This document shows positions 17,877 to 26,970 of a DNA stretch of 37,640 nt, one piece after another; position 1 is the first letter of the stretch, and each line of letters starts with the position of its first letter. The translations under genes were made by a program, and so were the position numbers. The notes beneath the pieces are model-generated. The model did no database searches. It saw nothing but the letters and a program-made list of their open reading frames with translations, and was not told where the DNA came from. Location of the stretch: the UHGV virus genome UHGV-1707198; one strand, 5' to 3'. The stretch comes from a virus.

Positions 17877-18545
17877 ATGACCAAGATCTTTGTGGTTGGC
17901 GGCACAAAGGGCGGGCCTGGCAAATCCACCGTTGCCCAGCAAATTGCCGTTTGCCTGAAAGTCAAAAAGAAGAAGAAGGTTTATATCACTGATATAGATA
18001 TTCAGCGCACGACAACAAGCTGGTGTGAAGACCGTCGACAGAACGAAGACCTTGAGCTGATTCCTTTTGCATACGTTCAGGATGACATCATTAAGCACCT
18101 AAAATCGCTTCAGGGTAGAGCTGAGTTTGTAGTGGTAGATGCTGGTGGCTTTGACTCCGAAATTCAGCGACAAGCGATGCTGATGGCCGACGTTATCATT
18201 ATCCCGCTTCGTCCTAAGCGTCGTGATTTGAAATCTCTGCGTGACATTGATCCTATTATCGACAATGTTCGTAATGTAAACGATAAAGTGAAGGTCCGCG
18301 CGGTCATGAACCAGTGCCCGGCTTTGCCATCACAAGTGTCTCGCATTCTGGCGGCTAAAGAGATTGTTGAGACGTTTGGCATCGAGTCTGCGCCAGTCAA
18401 TCTATATAACCGCAACGTCTATGATGATGCGGAAGAGTCTGGTCGTTCTATCTTTGAAATGACCGGTAGCGAGCGCGACAAAAAGGCGGAAGCCGAGTTT
18501 GAAGAATTTGTAGATTATCTGTTGAGTCTGGAGGAAGAAGAATAA
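17877..18545 (+). CDS. ParA/ParF-type partition ATPase
   Basis: 222 aa; N-terminal deviant Walker A (VVGGTKGGPGKST); small size typical of type Ib partition ATPases; AAAGGGA ribosome-binding site. Confidence 0.7.
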   Translation: MTKIFVVGGTKGGPGKSTVAQQIAVCLKVKKKKKVYITDIDIQRTTTSWCEDRRQNEDLELIPFAYVQDDIIKHLKSLQGRAEFVVVDAGGFDSEIQRQAMLMADVIIIPLRPKRRDLKSLRDIDPIIDNVRNVNDKVKVRAVMNQCPALPSQVSRILAAKEIVETFGIESAPVNLYNRNVYDDAEESGRSIFEMTGSERDKKAEAEFEEFVDYLLSLEEEE

Positions 18546-18904
18546 TGTCCATGAAAATGGGTGACCTAGCAAAGCGCAAAGAGCCTGATGCACCGGCTAA
18601 GAACACAACTCCTTTGCGCCAACCAGTCAGACCACAGGGACGCCCGACTCGTGGCAAAGAGAAAATTAAAAGCCGCACAATGTCACTGGAAGACGAATAC
18701 TTCGAACTGCTGGAGATGATGAAGTTCATCCCTCGCTTCGAGAAGTTCACTCGTTCTGACGTGATTCGAGCAGCCATTTTCCATCTGGCAGAGAAGTCAC
18801 CGCAGGAAATCGAGGACATCGTGAAGCTTAACGAGGCGATCACAGCTGCCGACGTTACGATGCGTACCGATGAAATTAAACGAGAGTTGATGAAGAAAGG
18901 TTGA
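18545..18904 (+). CDS. putative partition DNA-binding protein (ParG/ParB-like)
   Basis: 119 aa, start overlaps the ParA stop (TAATG); basic N-terminus; function inferred from operon position. Confidence 0.4.
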   Translation: MSMKMGDLAKRKEPDAPAKNTTPLRQPVRPQGRPTRGKEKIKSRTMSLEDEYFELLEMMKFIPRFEKFTRSDVIRAAIFHLAEKSPQEIEDIVKLNEAITAADVTMRTDEIKRELMKKG

Positions 18905-18908
18905 TTAT

Positions 18909-18937
18909 ATTGGGCGTTTGTTACGCCCAATATATGA
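18909..18937. promoter_or_regulatory. perfect 12-bp-arm palindrome (terminator or operator)
   Basis: TATATTGGGCGT-ttgtt-ACGCCCAATATA, read directly; lies between the partition operon and the KAP NTPase gene. Confidence 0.4.
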
Positions 18938-18955
18938 ATTAAAGGATTGATACTA

Positions 18956-20650
18956 ATGGAATCGATAGAATCATTTCTAAAAAATTTTCTAGTTTCAGAT
19001 CATCGGGTTGCCGTCATAAAAGGAGATTGGGGCGTTGGTAAAACTCATTATTGGAATAGTTTTTATACTAAGCATTCTGAAGGATTAGATTTTAATGCAT
19101 ATTCGTATGTTTCTTTGTTTGGGGTTAACTCTATTGGTGATATTAAAAAAACTCTTTATCATTGTGCCACACCAATTAATGAAAAGAAATATAAAGAACT
19201 AATTTTATCTGAAACGGATCGAACTATGATTCGTTATAGAAATGGGTTTTGGGGATGGTTGAAATACAACTCCTTGTCAAAATTTTTAATACATTTCGGA
19301 AAGATCGATTTTTTTGGGTTCAAAACAGATAACCTGCTGTCATCTCTTGAGTATAAATTTGTTAATAATTATTTGGTTTGTATTGATGATGTTGAAAGAA
19401 AAGGTAATTCGCTAGAAGTTAAAGAAATTATGGGGGTAATTGATGAATTAGCAAGAAGAAAAGGTTGCAAAGTTGTTCTAATTTTAAATGAAGATAATTT
19501 ACATGATGAAACTGCAAAAAAACAGTTTTTAGAGTACAGAGAAAAAGTAATTGATGTCGAAATAAAATACGATCCTACGCCTGAGAAGAACTTACGTAAA
19601 GTTTTTTATGAAACTGATTCTGATTTTCTTTTGTTAAAAGTCTTAGCAAATGACTTAGGCATTAAAAATATCCGTATATTAAATAAAATAAAAACATCTC
19701 TGGTTAATCTTAGGAATGAGCTAAGCTTGGCAGAGGATAAGGTTAGAGAAAGCTTTATCAATAGATTGGTTCTGTTTTCAGTGGTTTACTATTCTGGTGT
19801 TCCAGGTGTTGATTATGCCTTGTTTAAAGAATCAATTAAAAACATACATGTATTTGATTACATGTTAGATGATAAAAAGGATGATTCTGTATATTCATTT
19901 ATTAATAGTCTTGATGTTATTTATGAACGAGCGGAAATTGCTTTCGATGATGACATAGATTTTTATCTCAAGAATGGTTATCTTTCTACTGAAAGCAATA
20001 TTCGAGGTATAATAGAAGAAAAAAATAAACAATATAAAGAACACAAGGCTTTATGTGATGTTAACAATGTTTGGGATATTTTTAGTGACTCATTCAAGGA
20101 CAATGAATCTGAGTTTATTTCTAAGATAAAATGTGTAATTAACGACAATCTTTCACACATACCTGTTGCTCACTTCATAGGCTTGATTGATATCTTAAAT
20201 AGATTGGAGATTGATTGTGATAGTTATATAGAGGCATATGCAGATGCCTTTGTTAGCCAAGATGATGCTTATACTGCTTTTCGGAATTTGTATGTAGAGA
20301 TATTTGGTAACGAAAAGTTAGGTCTGCTAATTCAAAAAAAATTGATGGATAAGAAGCCTGAAGAGACTAATTTAGAGAATGTTTTATACAAAATAATTGA
20401 AGGCAAATTTAATCATAGTGACATAGCATATCTTAACAGTTTCTCTGAAGATGATTATTTAAAGTGGATATTATCCCGCAATCAGGATGCTTTGGATTTA
20501 GTGAGAAAGGGGTTGCTCAGATTCAAAAGTATGCAAGAACTAACAGAAGAACAGCAAAAAATCACGAATAAAGCAATAGGTGCATTAACGAAACTGGCCT
20601 CTAGATCAAGTCTTAACAAACTACGTGTGAGCAGATTGCTTAATAATTAA
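18956..20650 (+). CDS. KAP-family-like P-loop NTPase
   Basis: About 565 aa from the ATG at 18956 (AAGGA ribosome-binding site 9 nt upstream). Walker A GDWGVGKT fits the G-x-W-G-x-GKT KAP signature; Walker B-like LVCIDDVER about 110 residues later. Strongly AT-rich and Lys/Asn/Ile-rich, unlike neighbouring genes. Confidence 0.55.
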   Translation: MESIESFLKNFLVSDHRVAVIKGDWGVGKTHYWNSFYTKHSEGLDFNAYSYVSLFGVNSIGDIKKTLYHCATPINEKKYKELILSETDRTMIRYRNGFWGWLKYNSLSKFLIHFGKIDFFGFKTDNLLSSLEYKFVNNYLVCIDDVERKGNSLEVKEIMGVIDELARRKGCKVVLILNEDNLHDETAKKQFLEYREKVIDVEIKYDPTPEKNLRKVFYETDSDFLLLKVLANDLGIKNIRILNKIKTSLVNLRNELSLAEDKVRESFINRLVLFSVVYYSGVPGVDYALFKESIKNIHVFDYMLDDKKDDSVYSFINSLDVIYERAEIAFDDDIDFYLKNGYLSTESNIRGIIEEKNKQYKEHKALCDVNNVWDIFSDSFKDNESEFISKIKCVINDNLSHIPVAHFIGLIDILNRLEIDCDSYIEAYADAFVSQDDAYTAFRNLYVEIFGNEKLGLLIQKKLMDKKPEETNLENVLYKIIEGKFNHSDIAYLNSFSEDDYLKWILSRNQDALDLVRKGLLRFKSMQELTEEQQKITNKAIGALTKLASRSSLNKLRVSRLLNN

Positions 20651-20680
20651 GTATTCATGACCTGTTTCTGTATATATAAA

Positions 20681-20700
20681 TAATAAGTAACTTATTAAAT
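20681..20700 (+). promoter_or_regulatory. recurrent motif, distal copy upstream of gene 20831
   Basis: TAATAAGTAACTTATTAAAT, a partial dyad. Confidence 0.35.
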
Positions 20701-20797
20701 ATACGGAAGCAGGTCTTTCAAAAGATACCCACCAGAACAACTCCCTTCCGTTTCCACTTCCAAAAACTGCCACCAATCGCTATCATCAGCTCATTGC

Positions 20798-20819
20798 GAT
20801 AAGTAAGTAACTACCTACC
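20798..20819 (+). promoter_or_regulatory. recurrent motif, proximal copy upstream of gene 20831
   Basis: GATAAGTA-agtaac-TACCTACC. Confidence 0.4.
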
Positions 20820-20830
20820 AGGTGAGCCAC

Positions 20831-21571
20831 ATGAGCCAAATCTTTTTCGACACCATCGACAACGACCAGTACGACTTCATGACAGAGTGGAATACCGCTG
20901 TTATGGATAAGTGGGTTGCTGAAAACATTGGTTTGTCGCGCTGCAAAGACGAGGCTGAACTCTTCGATACGAAGTGGTTTGATTACCGCGACATGCATCC
21001 TCTTATGGCCACCTGTCTGTTTACGGAGGCATACAAACGTCAGTACTCAAATATCATGCTGACGCACGGTCGTGAACACTTTGAAACAGCTCCGTTCACC
21101 ACCGGGTTAAAACGCCTGCCTTATCAGGAGTTGTCGACTGCCAATAAAACGTCTCTATGGAAAGCACGCCAGTTTGCTGACCGCTATTGCTGCTCATACG
21201 ACTACTTTATCTCCACCGTTCTTTCCGCAGCTGCACGACGGCTGTGGGACAAGCTGCCGCGCCCACAGCATTTATGGCAGCCAGAACTGATTGAGATATT
21301 TGAAGAGAAATTAGCCAGACGCGCAACAACCCGTCTGGATGACTCTCTTGTTAGCTTTAAGCATATGGGAGACATGCAGTTCAACCCGATTCAGGAAAGC
21401 TATTTTGAGTGGATTCTGGAGCGTTTGCGCACCATCCCTCGCAGCAAGCGCATACGCGCAATTTTCTCCGCTATCTGGCTAATGGAAATCGTTCCAGAGC
21501 GCCTTATTTCCGCCCACTTTCCAGAAGAACTGGAAGAAGCACGGCGGTTTATTGATCCCCTATCTAATTAA
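20831..21571 (+). CDS. hypothetical protein (possible replication accessory factor)
   Basis: ATG at 20831 with AGGTGA ribosome-binding site; precedes the helicase gene; no motif recognised. Confidence 0.4.
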   Translation: MSQIFFDTIDNDQYDFMTEWNTAVMDKWVAENIGLSRCKDEAELFDTKWFDYRDMHPLMATCLFTEAYKRQYSNIMLTHGREHFETAPFTTGLKRLPYQELSTANKTSLWKARQFADRYCCSYDYFISTVLSAAARRLWDKLPRPQHLWQPELIEIFEEKLARRATTRLDDSLVSFKHMGDMQFNPIQESYFEWILERLRTIPRSKRIRAIFSAIWLMEIVPERLISAHFPEELEEARRFIDPLSN

Positions 21572-21614
21572 CTAATACTAGAAAACAATTTGTTTAAAAA
21601 ACAAAGGAAAGCAC

Positions 21615-22955
21615 ATGACCGAACTTTGCCATACAGGACGCGGGCTGTCCGAAGAGTTTGATGAAGATTTCCAGAACAGACTGACGGCATATTTTTGTCG
21701 TGATCACGAGTTTCTTACTCGTGCGGGAGATCTGGTTGTGCCTAGCCAATTTGCCAATGCGGCCAATGCCATATTGGTTAATATGGTTTCGGGCTATTAC
21801 CGTATGTACAAGAGCGCGCCCTCTTCATCTGCAATTCTGGATATGCTTAAGCGTGCGAAACGCGATAAGACTATCCGTGAGGAACTATTCGCCGATGTTG
21901 TTGCTGCGTTTAAGCGCATTCTTGCAGAAAAATTGTCCGATACCTCGTACATGGTTGACCAGGTATCAACCTTCGCAAAAAGTGTAGCGTTTGATGATGC
22001 TCTGATTAAGGCTGCTGAACTGAAAGAGAAAGGCGACTTTCAGGGGGCGATGGCAATCATGGCCAAGGTTCAGCAGATTGGATCGAACGAAGCGACCGGA
22101 ATCTATGACTACTACACCTCCGCAAGTGAGCGATTGAAAGCGCGTGAATATGAGGCTTCAGAGGAGTATGTACCAAACAGTATTACAAGTGGACTCCCTC
22201 TTCTCGATAGGTTGCTGTACCAAAAAGGCTGGGCAAAGCGCGAAATGGTGCTCTTCATGGGGTTCGCTAAATCCGGTAAATCGACCGCAATGGGTGAGTT
22301 TTCCATAAACGCAACACTTGCTGGCTACAATGTTCTGTATCTCTCGCTGGAGGTTCACACCACCATTTTATCCGACCGTTTTGATGCAAGATTGTCGGAG
22401 ACAGAAATGTCCAAGCTGGTGGAACGGCGCGATGAGGTTCATCGTAAGTTGGCAGAGTTGGGAGCCACAAAGGGGATTGGTAGTTTGTGGGTGGTTGAGC
22501 GTCCGTCAGGAAGTATGTCACCGGCAGATCTGGACCGTATGCTTAACAGCATGAAAGCCAACGGCATGGTACCTGACATGGTTGTTGTCGACTACGCAGA
22601 TTTGATGCGTGCCAGTTATGACCTTCGTGATGATCGCGCCAACATTCGTAGTATCTACACCGATTTACGTGCTCTTTATGACAAGCATAACGTTGCTGGG
22701 ATCACGGCATCGCAGACAAACCGTGAAGGTGGCGCGTCAGAAGTTGCCACAATGATGCACGCTGCCGACAACATCGAAAAAGTACGTATTGCTGACCTGG
22801 TAATAACGATCAACAAAACCGAAGAAGAAGAAGCGAAAGGAGAGGCTCGTCTCTACTTTGCTGGTTCACGTAACCAGCAGGGAGGGATCAGCATTCGCGT
22901 TAAACAAAACCTCGAACAAATGCGCTTCATTGAGCGAATCTTAGACGTTACCTAA
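21615..22955 (+). CDS. DnaB-like replicative helicase
   Basis: 446 aa; Walker A GFAKSGKST in the C-terminal half and Walker B-like VVVDYADLM, the arrangement of DnaB/RepA-type helicase cores. Confidence 0.55.
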   Translation: MTELCHTGRGLSEEFDEDFQNRLTAYFCRDHEFLTRAGDLVVPSQFANAANAILVNMVSGYYRMYKSAPSSSAILDMLKRAKRDKTIREELFADVVAAFKRILAEKLSDTSYMVDQVSTFAKSVAFDDALIKAAELKEKGDFQGAMAIMAKVQQIGSNEATGIYDYYTSASERLKAREYEASEEYVPNSITSGLPLLDRLLYQKGWAKREMVLFMGFAKSGKSTAMGEFSINATLAGYNVLYLSLEVHTTILSDRFDARLSETEMSKLVERRDEVHRKLAELGATKGIGSLWVVERPSGSMSPADLDRMLNSMKANGMVPDMVVVDYADLMRASYDLRDDRANIRSIYTDLRALYDKHNVAGITASQTNREGGASEVATMMHAADNIEKVRIADLVITINKTEEEEAKGEARLYFAGSRNQQGGISIRVKQNLEQMRFIERILDVT

Positions 22956-22964
22956 AAAATAAGC

Positions 22965-22981
22965 GTGGAGAACACCTCCAC
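22965..22981 (+). terminator. perfect hairpin after the helicase gene
   Basis: GTGGAG-aacac-CTCCAC, extendable to AGCGTGGAG...CTCCACGCT. Confidence 0.35.
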
Positions 22982-23036
22982 GCTTGATTCATTGGTGAAA
23001 CAACTTTTCTTTTGCCAAACCACAAAAGAAAAACAC

Positions 23037-24218
23037 ATGAGCCTTTATGTTATATCAACATTTAGGTTGGTCACAATATTGCCTGTTAAAAGTGGAATTA
23101 TCGTGAGCGAGCTGAAAGAGCTAATTACCGAATTAGATTTTGAACAATGGTTGGATACTGAAGGTATCGTTTATCGACGTGGAGGCGTGAGTACTCGCGG
23201 TCGTGAAGTGAATATCAAGGAGTGTCCGGTATGCGGCAGCTCCAACTGGAAGGTATATTTCAATCTGACCAGTGGCGTCGGCAAATGCTTCGCTGGTGAT
23301 CATCCCGAAGAGATTCAGTTCAATAAGCTGGTCTTCCTCAAGCACTACAGCGGTAAATCACGACGACAGTTCGAGGAATATGTGCAGAACGCTCTTCTTT
23401 CCCAGGGGTGGGCACCAAAGAAAGAAGAGCTAGTGCTTGCAAGCACAGTCGAGTTAGAGGGGCCAGTTGCACTCCCTCGTCATTACGAGCTTCCTATAGA
23501 TGGCCGTCTTCCAGACTATCTGGTTGAACGAAACATATCACCTGAAATGGCAAAGTATTTTGACCTACGATACTGCGTCGAAGGCAAGCACGCTTATGTA
23601 GATCCGTATACAGATCAGGTAAAAGGGCAGATATTCGATATGCGAATACTGATACCGGTTTACGATCTGGATGGGGTAATGAAGACATTTCAGGGACGAG
23701 ACATTACCGGTACAGCAGAACGCCGCTACCTCTTTCCTATGCAGCTTCCAGCTTCAGGTAAGTTTCTCTACAACGGCCATAATGCAGTCGGCAAACAGAC
23801 TGTAGTTGTCTGTGAGGGGGCGTTCGATGTTATGGGGGTTAAACGAGCTATTTTTGACGAAGAAACATTACGTGATTACGTGGAACCAATAGGAACGTTC
23901 GGGATGCATCTATCTGGTAACACCACTCAGGATGCAGAAGATCAGTTAGGCGCGTTCCTGACGCTCAAGGCGCGTGGGTTACGTAATGTGATCATGATGT
24001 GGGATAGTGAAAAGCAAGCTATACGCAACACTATGGCCGCAGCCAGGCGACTGAGCAGTATTGGTCTTAATGTGAAAATTGCATGTTTGGGCGAGGAAGG
24101 ACTCGACCCCGGCGATGCGACCCCGGGGCAGATTATCAAAGCCTACTATTGCGCAAAACCTTACTCACGACAGCTTGAACTCTTAAGCAAGGTGAAAGGC
24201 ATTGCAGCACTAGTTTGA
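23037..24218 (+). CDS. DnaG-like DNA primase
   Basis: Cys/His zinc-finger-like motif CPVCGSSNW...CFAGDH and a TOPRIM-like VVVCEGAFD segment. Start uncertain: the ORF track begins at GTG 22965 inside a hairpin, so ATG 23037 or GTG 23103 is more plausible. Confidence 0.55.
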   Translation: MSLYVISTFRLVTILPVKSGIIVSELKELITELDFEQWLDTEGIVYRRGGVSTRGREVNIKECPVCGSSNWKVYFNLTSGVGKCFAGDHPEEIQFNKLVFLKHYSGKSRRQFEEYVQNALLSQGWAPKKEELVLASTVELEGPVALPRHYELPIDGRLPDYLVERNISPEMAKYFDLRYCVEGKHAYVDPYTDQVKGQIFDMRILIPVYDLDGVMKTFQGRDITGTAERRYLFPMQLPASGKFLYNGHNAVGKQTVVVCEGAFDVMGVKRAIFDEETLRDYVEPIGTFGMHLSGNTTQDAEDQLGAFLTLKARGLRNVIMMWDSEKQAIRNTMAAARRLSSIGLNVKIACLGEEGLDPGDATPGQIIKAYYCAKPYSRQLELLSKVKGIAALV

Positions 24219-25355
24219 ACCAGTATTAGTCACATACACATTGACCGAAAATGATTTAACTTCTGTATTGAAGTTGTCAGTCATTACCGCGAGGTAGGCA
24301 TTCTTGGTATCTCTGAATTGCTTCAGGATGATTTGAACGTTATCGGTGCAAACAAACGAGGTAGCCAGATTGCCTCCTTTCTCTGAAAAATCCTTCAGGA
24401 AGGTGCAGTCAACTTTGCCATCATTAGCGGTGAAGGTAGCATCATCACCCTGCCAGGTAAATGTAGCGTTAACGCCCTTATCAATGGATTTAGCAATAAG
24501 TCGCTGGGTGGCGGATTTTGTTTTGGCTTTGGAAGCCGGCGCTCGATATTTGCCGCTTTCTTTCAGTTCTGCAATGTAATCGCAGCCTCTTTTTTCTCCT
24601 TTATCGCAAGCAGTCTGATAAAGGTCGGCTGCTTTTTTATAGTCCTTTTTTACACCTTCCCCATTCTCATACATAATGCCAAGATTGGTTATGGCGTCGG
24701 CGTTTCCAAGTTCCGCTGCCTTTTTATACCACTTAACTGCTTCTGCATCATTGCGTTTAACGCCTAACCCATCATCGTATAGTATTCCTAATCCTATCAT
24801 AGCTTCTGAACTGCCTTGGTCTGCCGCCTTTTTGTAATAAGTAAAAGCCTTTTTATAATTCTTTTTAACGCCTTTACCATATTGGTAATACGCCCCAAGA
24901 ACTGAAGTTGCTTTAACATACCCGGCATCAGAGGCTAGTTTGAAGTATTTAATGGCGAGTGCATGATCTACTTTACCAAGCATCCCCTTTTGATAAATAG
25001 CACCAAGATTGTTGTAGGCTCTACCTTCACGAGCATCCCCCGCAAGTTTGTAGTACTCAACAGCTTTATTTAGGTCTTTATCTACACCCTCGCCAAATGT
25101 GTACATAACTCCAAGTGCATAATATGCTACTTTATCTCCCTTTTCTGCAGCTAGATCAATCCACTTCTTGGCCTCAACTACATCCTTATCAAAACCATTG
25201 ACACCATCAAAATAATTTGTACCTAACTCACTTTGTGCTGCGGTATCCCCTGCGGTAGCGGCTTCTATCAGCGTTTGTTTATTGTCTGCGTTAACGAATC
25301 CAGAGTTAAAAAGCAAAGTTAATGCCAGCAACGATGAAGATTTTATGTATTTCAT
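24210..25355 (-). CDS. secreted Sel1-like repeat (TPR-like) protein
   Basis: Start taken at MKYIKSS (plus-strand CAT at 25353..25355), giving a Sec-type signal peptide. At least six repeats of the form A..WYKKAAEQG...A...LG.MY..G.GV.KD, characteristic of Sel1-like repeats. Confidence 0.6.
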   Translation of the reverse strand: MKYIKSSSLLALTLLFNSGFVNADNKQTLIEAATAGDTAAQSELGTNYFDGVNGFDKDVVEAKKWIDLAAEKGDKVAYYALGVMYTFGEGVDKDLNKAVEYYKLAGDAREGRAYNNLGAIYQKGMLGKVDHALAIKYFKLASDAGYVKATSVLGAYYQYGKGVKKNYKKAFTYYKKAADQGSSEAMIGLGILYDDGLGVKRNDAEAVKWYKKAAELGNADAITNLGIMYENGEGVKKDYKKAADLYQTACDKGEKRGCDYIAELKESGKYRAPASKAKTKSATQRLIAKSIDKGVNATFTWQGDDATFTANDGKVDCTFLKDFSEKGGNLATSFVCTDNVQIILKQFRDTKNAYLAVMTDNFNTEVKSFSVNVYVTNTGSN

Positions 25356-25587
25356 GTTTTTTTTCTGTTGATATAGGATGAACAGTTTAGACGCGGCAAG
25401 CGTCAAGTGTGCGAAAAAGGGTACTTAAATTTAGTTAATATGTCAGCTTTGTTGATTTAGTTTATGGTCGGTAAAGTTACTGGGAAACTAATAACCATAA
25501 GAAATAGTACGCCATTTAATTATTGTGGCACTGCTCGTGTTTTGATTAACTAATACCTGCGATAAATATAAATAAAGGGAAGCCAAC

Positions 25588-26001
25588 ATGAGCAAAAATA
25601 AGCTGATTTTAACAGGAGCTTTATTGTCTTTGTTTGCTTTAGTGGGGTGTAAGCCTACAGACGAGAAGGCTATTGCTCTGGGCCAACAAGCAATTGCGGA
25701 TGATATGAAAGATCCCACGTCGGTGATGTTTAGGAAAGATAAGTTTGTCAGGACTGATCATGACGATGGGAGTGTGACAGGCTTTGTGTGCGGAGAATTG
25801 AACGCCAAAAATGGCTTTGGTGCATACGTGGGCTATCACTCATATGTTGTTGAACTCGAAATGAAGCCAAAGGGCATGTTTTCGAAAGGGGTGGTATACA
25901 AAATCCTATCGAAGTCGTTGGCACCTAATGATCCTCATGACTTACAGCGTTATAAGCAGGTCTACAGAAAGATGTGCAACAGCGAGGCTGTAGCTCATTA
26001 A
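25588..26001 (+). CDS. lipoprotein
   Basis: 137 aa; signal peptide with lipobox LVGC; AAAGGGA ribosome-binding site. Confidence 0.5.
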   Translation: MSKNKLILTGALLSLFALVGCKPTDEKAIALGQQAIADDMKDPTSVMFRKDKFVRTDHDDGSVTGFVCGELNAKNGFGAYVGYHSYVVELEMKPKGMFSKGVVYKILSKSLAPNDPHDLQRYKQVYRKMCNSEAVAH

Positions 26002-26008
26002 TGGTGAA

Positions 26009-26040
26009 TGCCGGGCAGACTATAAGCCCGGCATCTTCGT
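26009..26040 (+). terminator. rho-independent terminator
   Basis: TGCCGGGC-agactataa-GCCCGGCA followed by TCTTCGT. Confidence 0.45.
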
Positions 26041-26064
26041 ATAGGGAACTATTGCGCCTAAAAT

Positions 26065-26085
26065 GATAAGTAGATACATACTTAG
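26065..26085 (+). promoter_or_regulatory. recurrent motif, copy upstream of gene 26127
   Basis: GATAAGTA-gataca-TACTTAG. Confidence 0.45.
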
Positions 26086-26126
26086 TTTTTTGTAAGAATA
26101 CTTTCATCTGTTAGCTAGGAGTTGGT

Positions 26127-26903
26127 ATGAAAGACGAAATTCAGAAATTGGCCTGTGACATCATTGATAAAACAGGTTTAGAAATCAGCGAGGGCAGTCG
26201 ACTAGACATCATTGGAAAGGCCGTCAATACAGCAATGAATCATATCGCTGCTCGTATGGACGAGATCCCGCTACCAGGGTTGCCTTATCTGAAAGTTGAG
26301 TTACACGTATGGGGCGAACCTTCTTGTGCACGGCGTTCTGCATTAGTTGTTTTTATTAGCAAAGAAAACCCGCTCAGTCTTAAAGTGCAGGTTGGAGCAT
26401 GGCTTGATGGCAGAGTGATCTACACAAATACCGTTTTTTGTCTTTCAAACGACGAAACTATTGAAGCGGCCATTCAAGAAGCAGTTCTAGCAATGCGCAG
26501 CAGCGGTTTGATGAAGAATAACTACGAAGAGTACTTGCGTTCGATAAGTGGTGAAAAGACATTATCTCTGAAAGCAGATTTCGTTACCCCGAAAAATCTG
26601 TTGGAAGTTTTGATTAATAAAGGGGCTAATAGTGCCGTAAATGTAATCAGAGAGAGTGAATACGCGTCTCTTTGGGATATGTGCAAAAGCCAGTTGGATC
26701 TTGTGCATATCGTTGTTGATGCGGGGAAGGCTTGTGATGGCGTAATGGCGGAATTTGCTGGGAAGATGGTCAGGATTGCTAACGAATTACCGATGATTAA
26801 GCAAGAGGCTAAATCATACGCCACCAATCATGTCACAGAGCTTCTTGCCCCTTATCGCTTAGAAAGCGATCAGCGCAAGATGATTAGCTGGGGAAGTTGG
26901 TAA
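26127..26903 (+). CDS. hypothetical protein
   Basis: 258-aa ORF with AGGAG ribosome-binding site; no motif recognised. Confidence 0.45.
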   Translation: MKDEIQKLACDIIDKTGLEISEGSRLDIIGKAVNTAMNHIAARMDEIPLPGLPYLKVELHVWGEPSCARRSALVVFISKENPLSLKVQVGAWLDGRVIYTNTVFCLSNDETIEAAIQEAVLAMRSSGLMKNNYEEYLRSISGEKTLSLKADFVTPKNLLEVLINKGANSAVNVIRESEYASLWDMCKSQLDLVHIVVDAGKACDGVMAEFAGKMVRIANELPMIKQEAKSYATNHVTELLAPYRLESDQRKMISWGSW

Positions 26904-26934
26904 GCTCTCTGTGTGTCGTTTTTTACGCAAGTAA

Positions 26935-26949
26935 TGATAGGTAAGCACA
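26935..26949 (+). promoter_or_regulatory. recurrent motif, copy upstream of gene 26971
   Basis: TGATAGGTAAGCACA. Confidence 0.4.
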
Positions 26950-26970
26950 AGATTATTTCTGGCGGTAATT

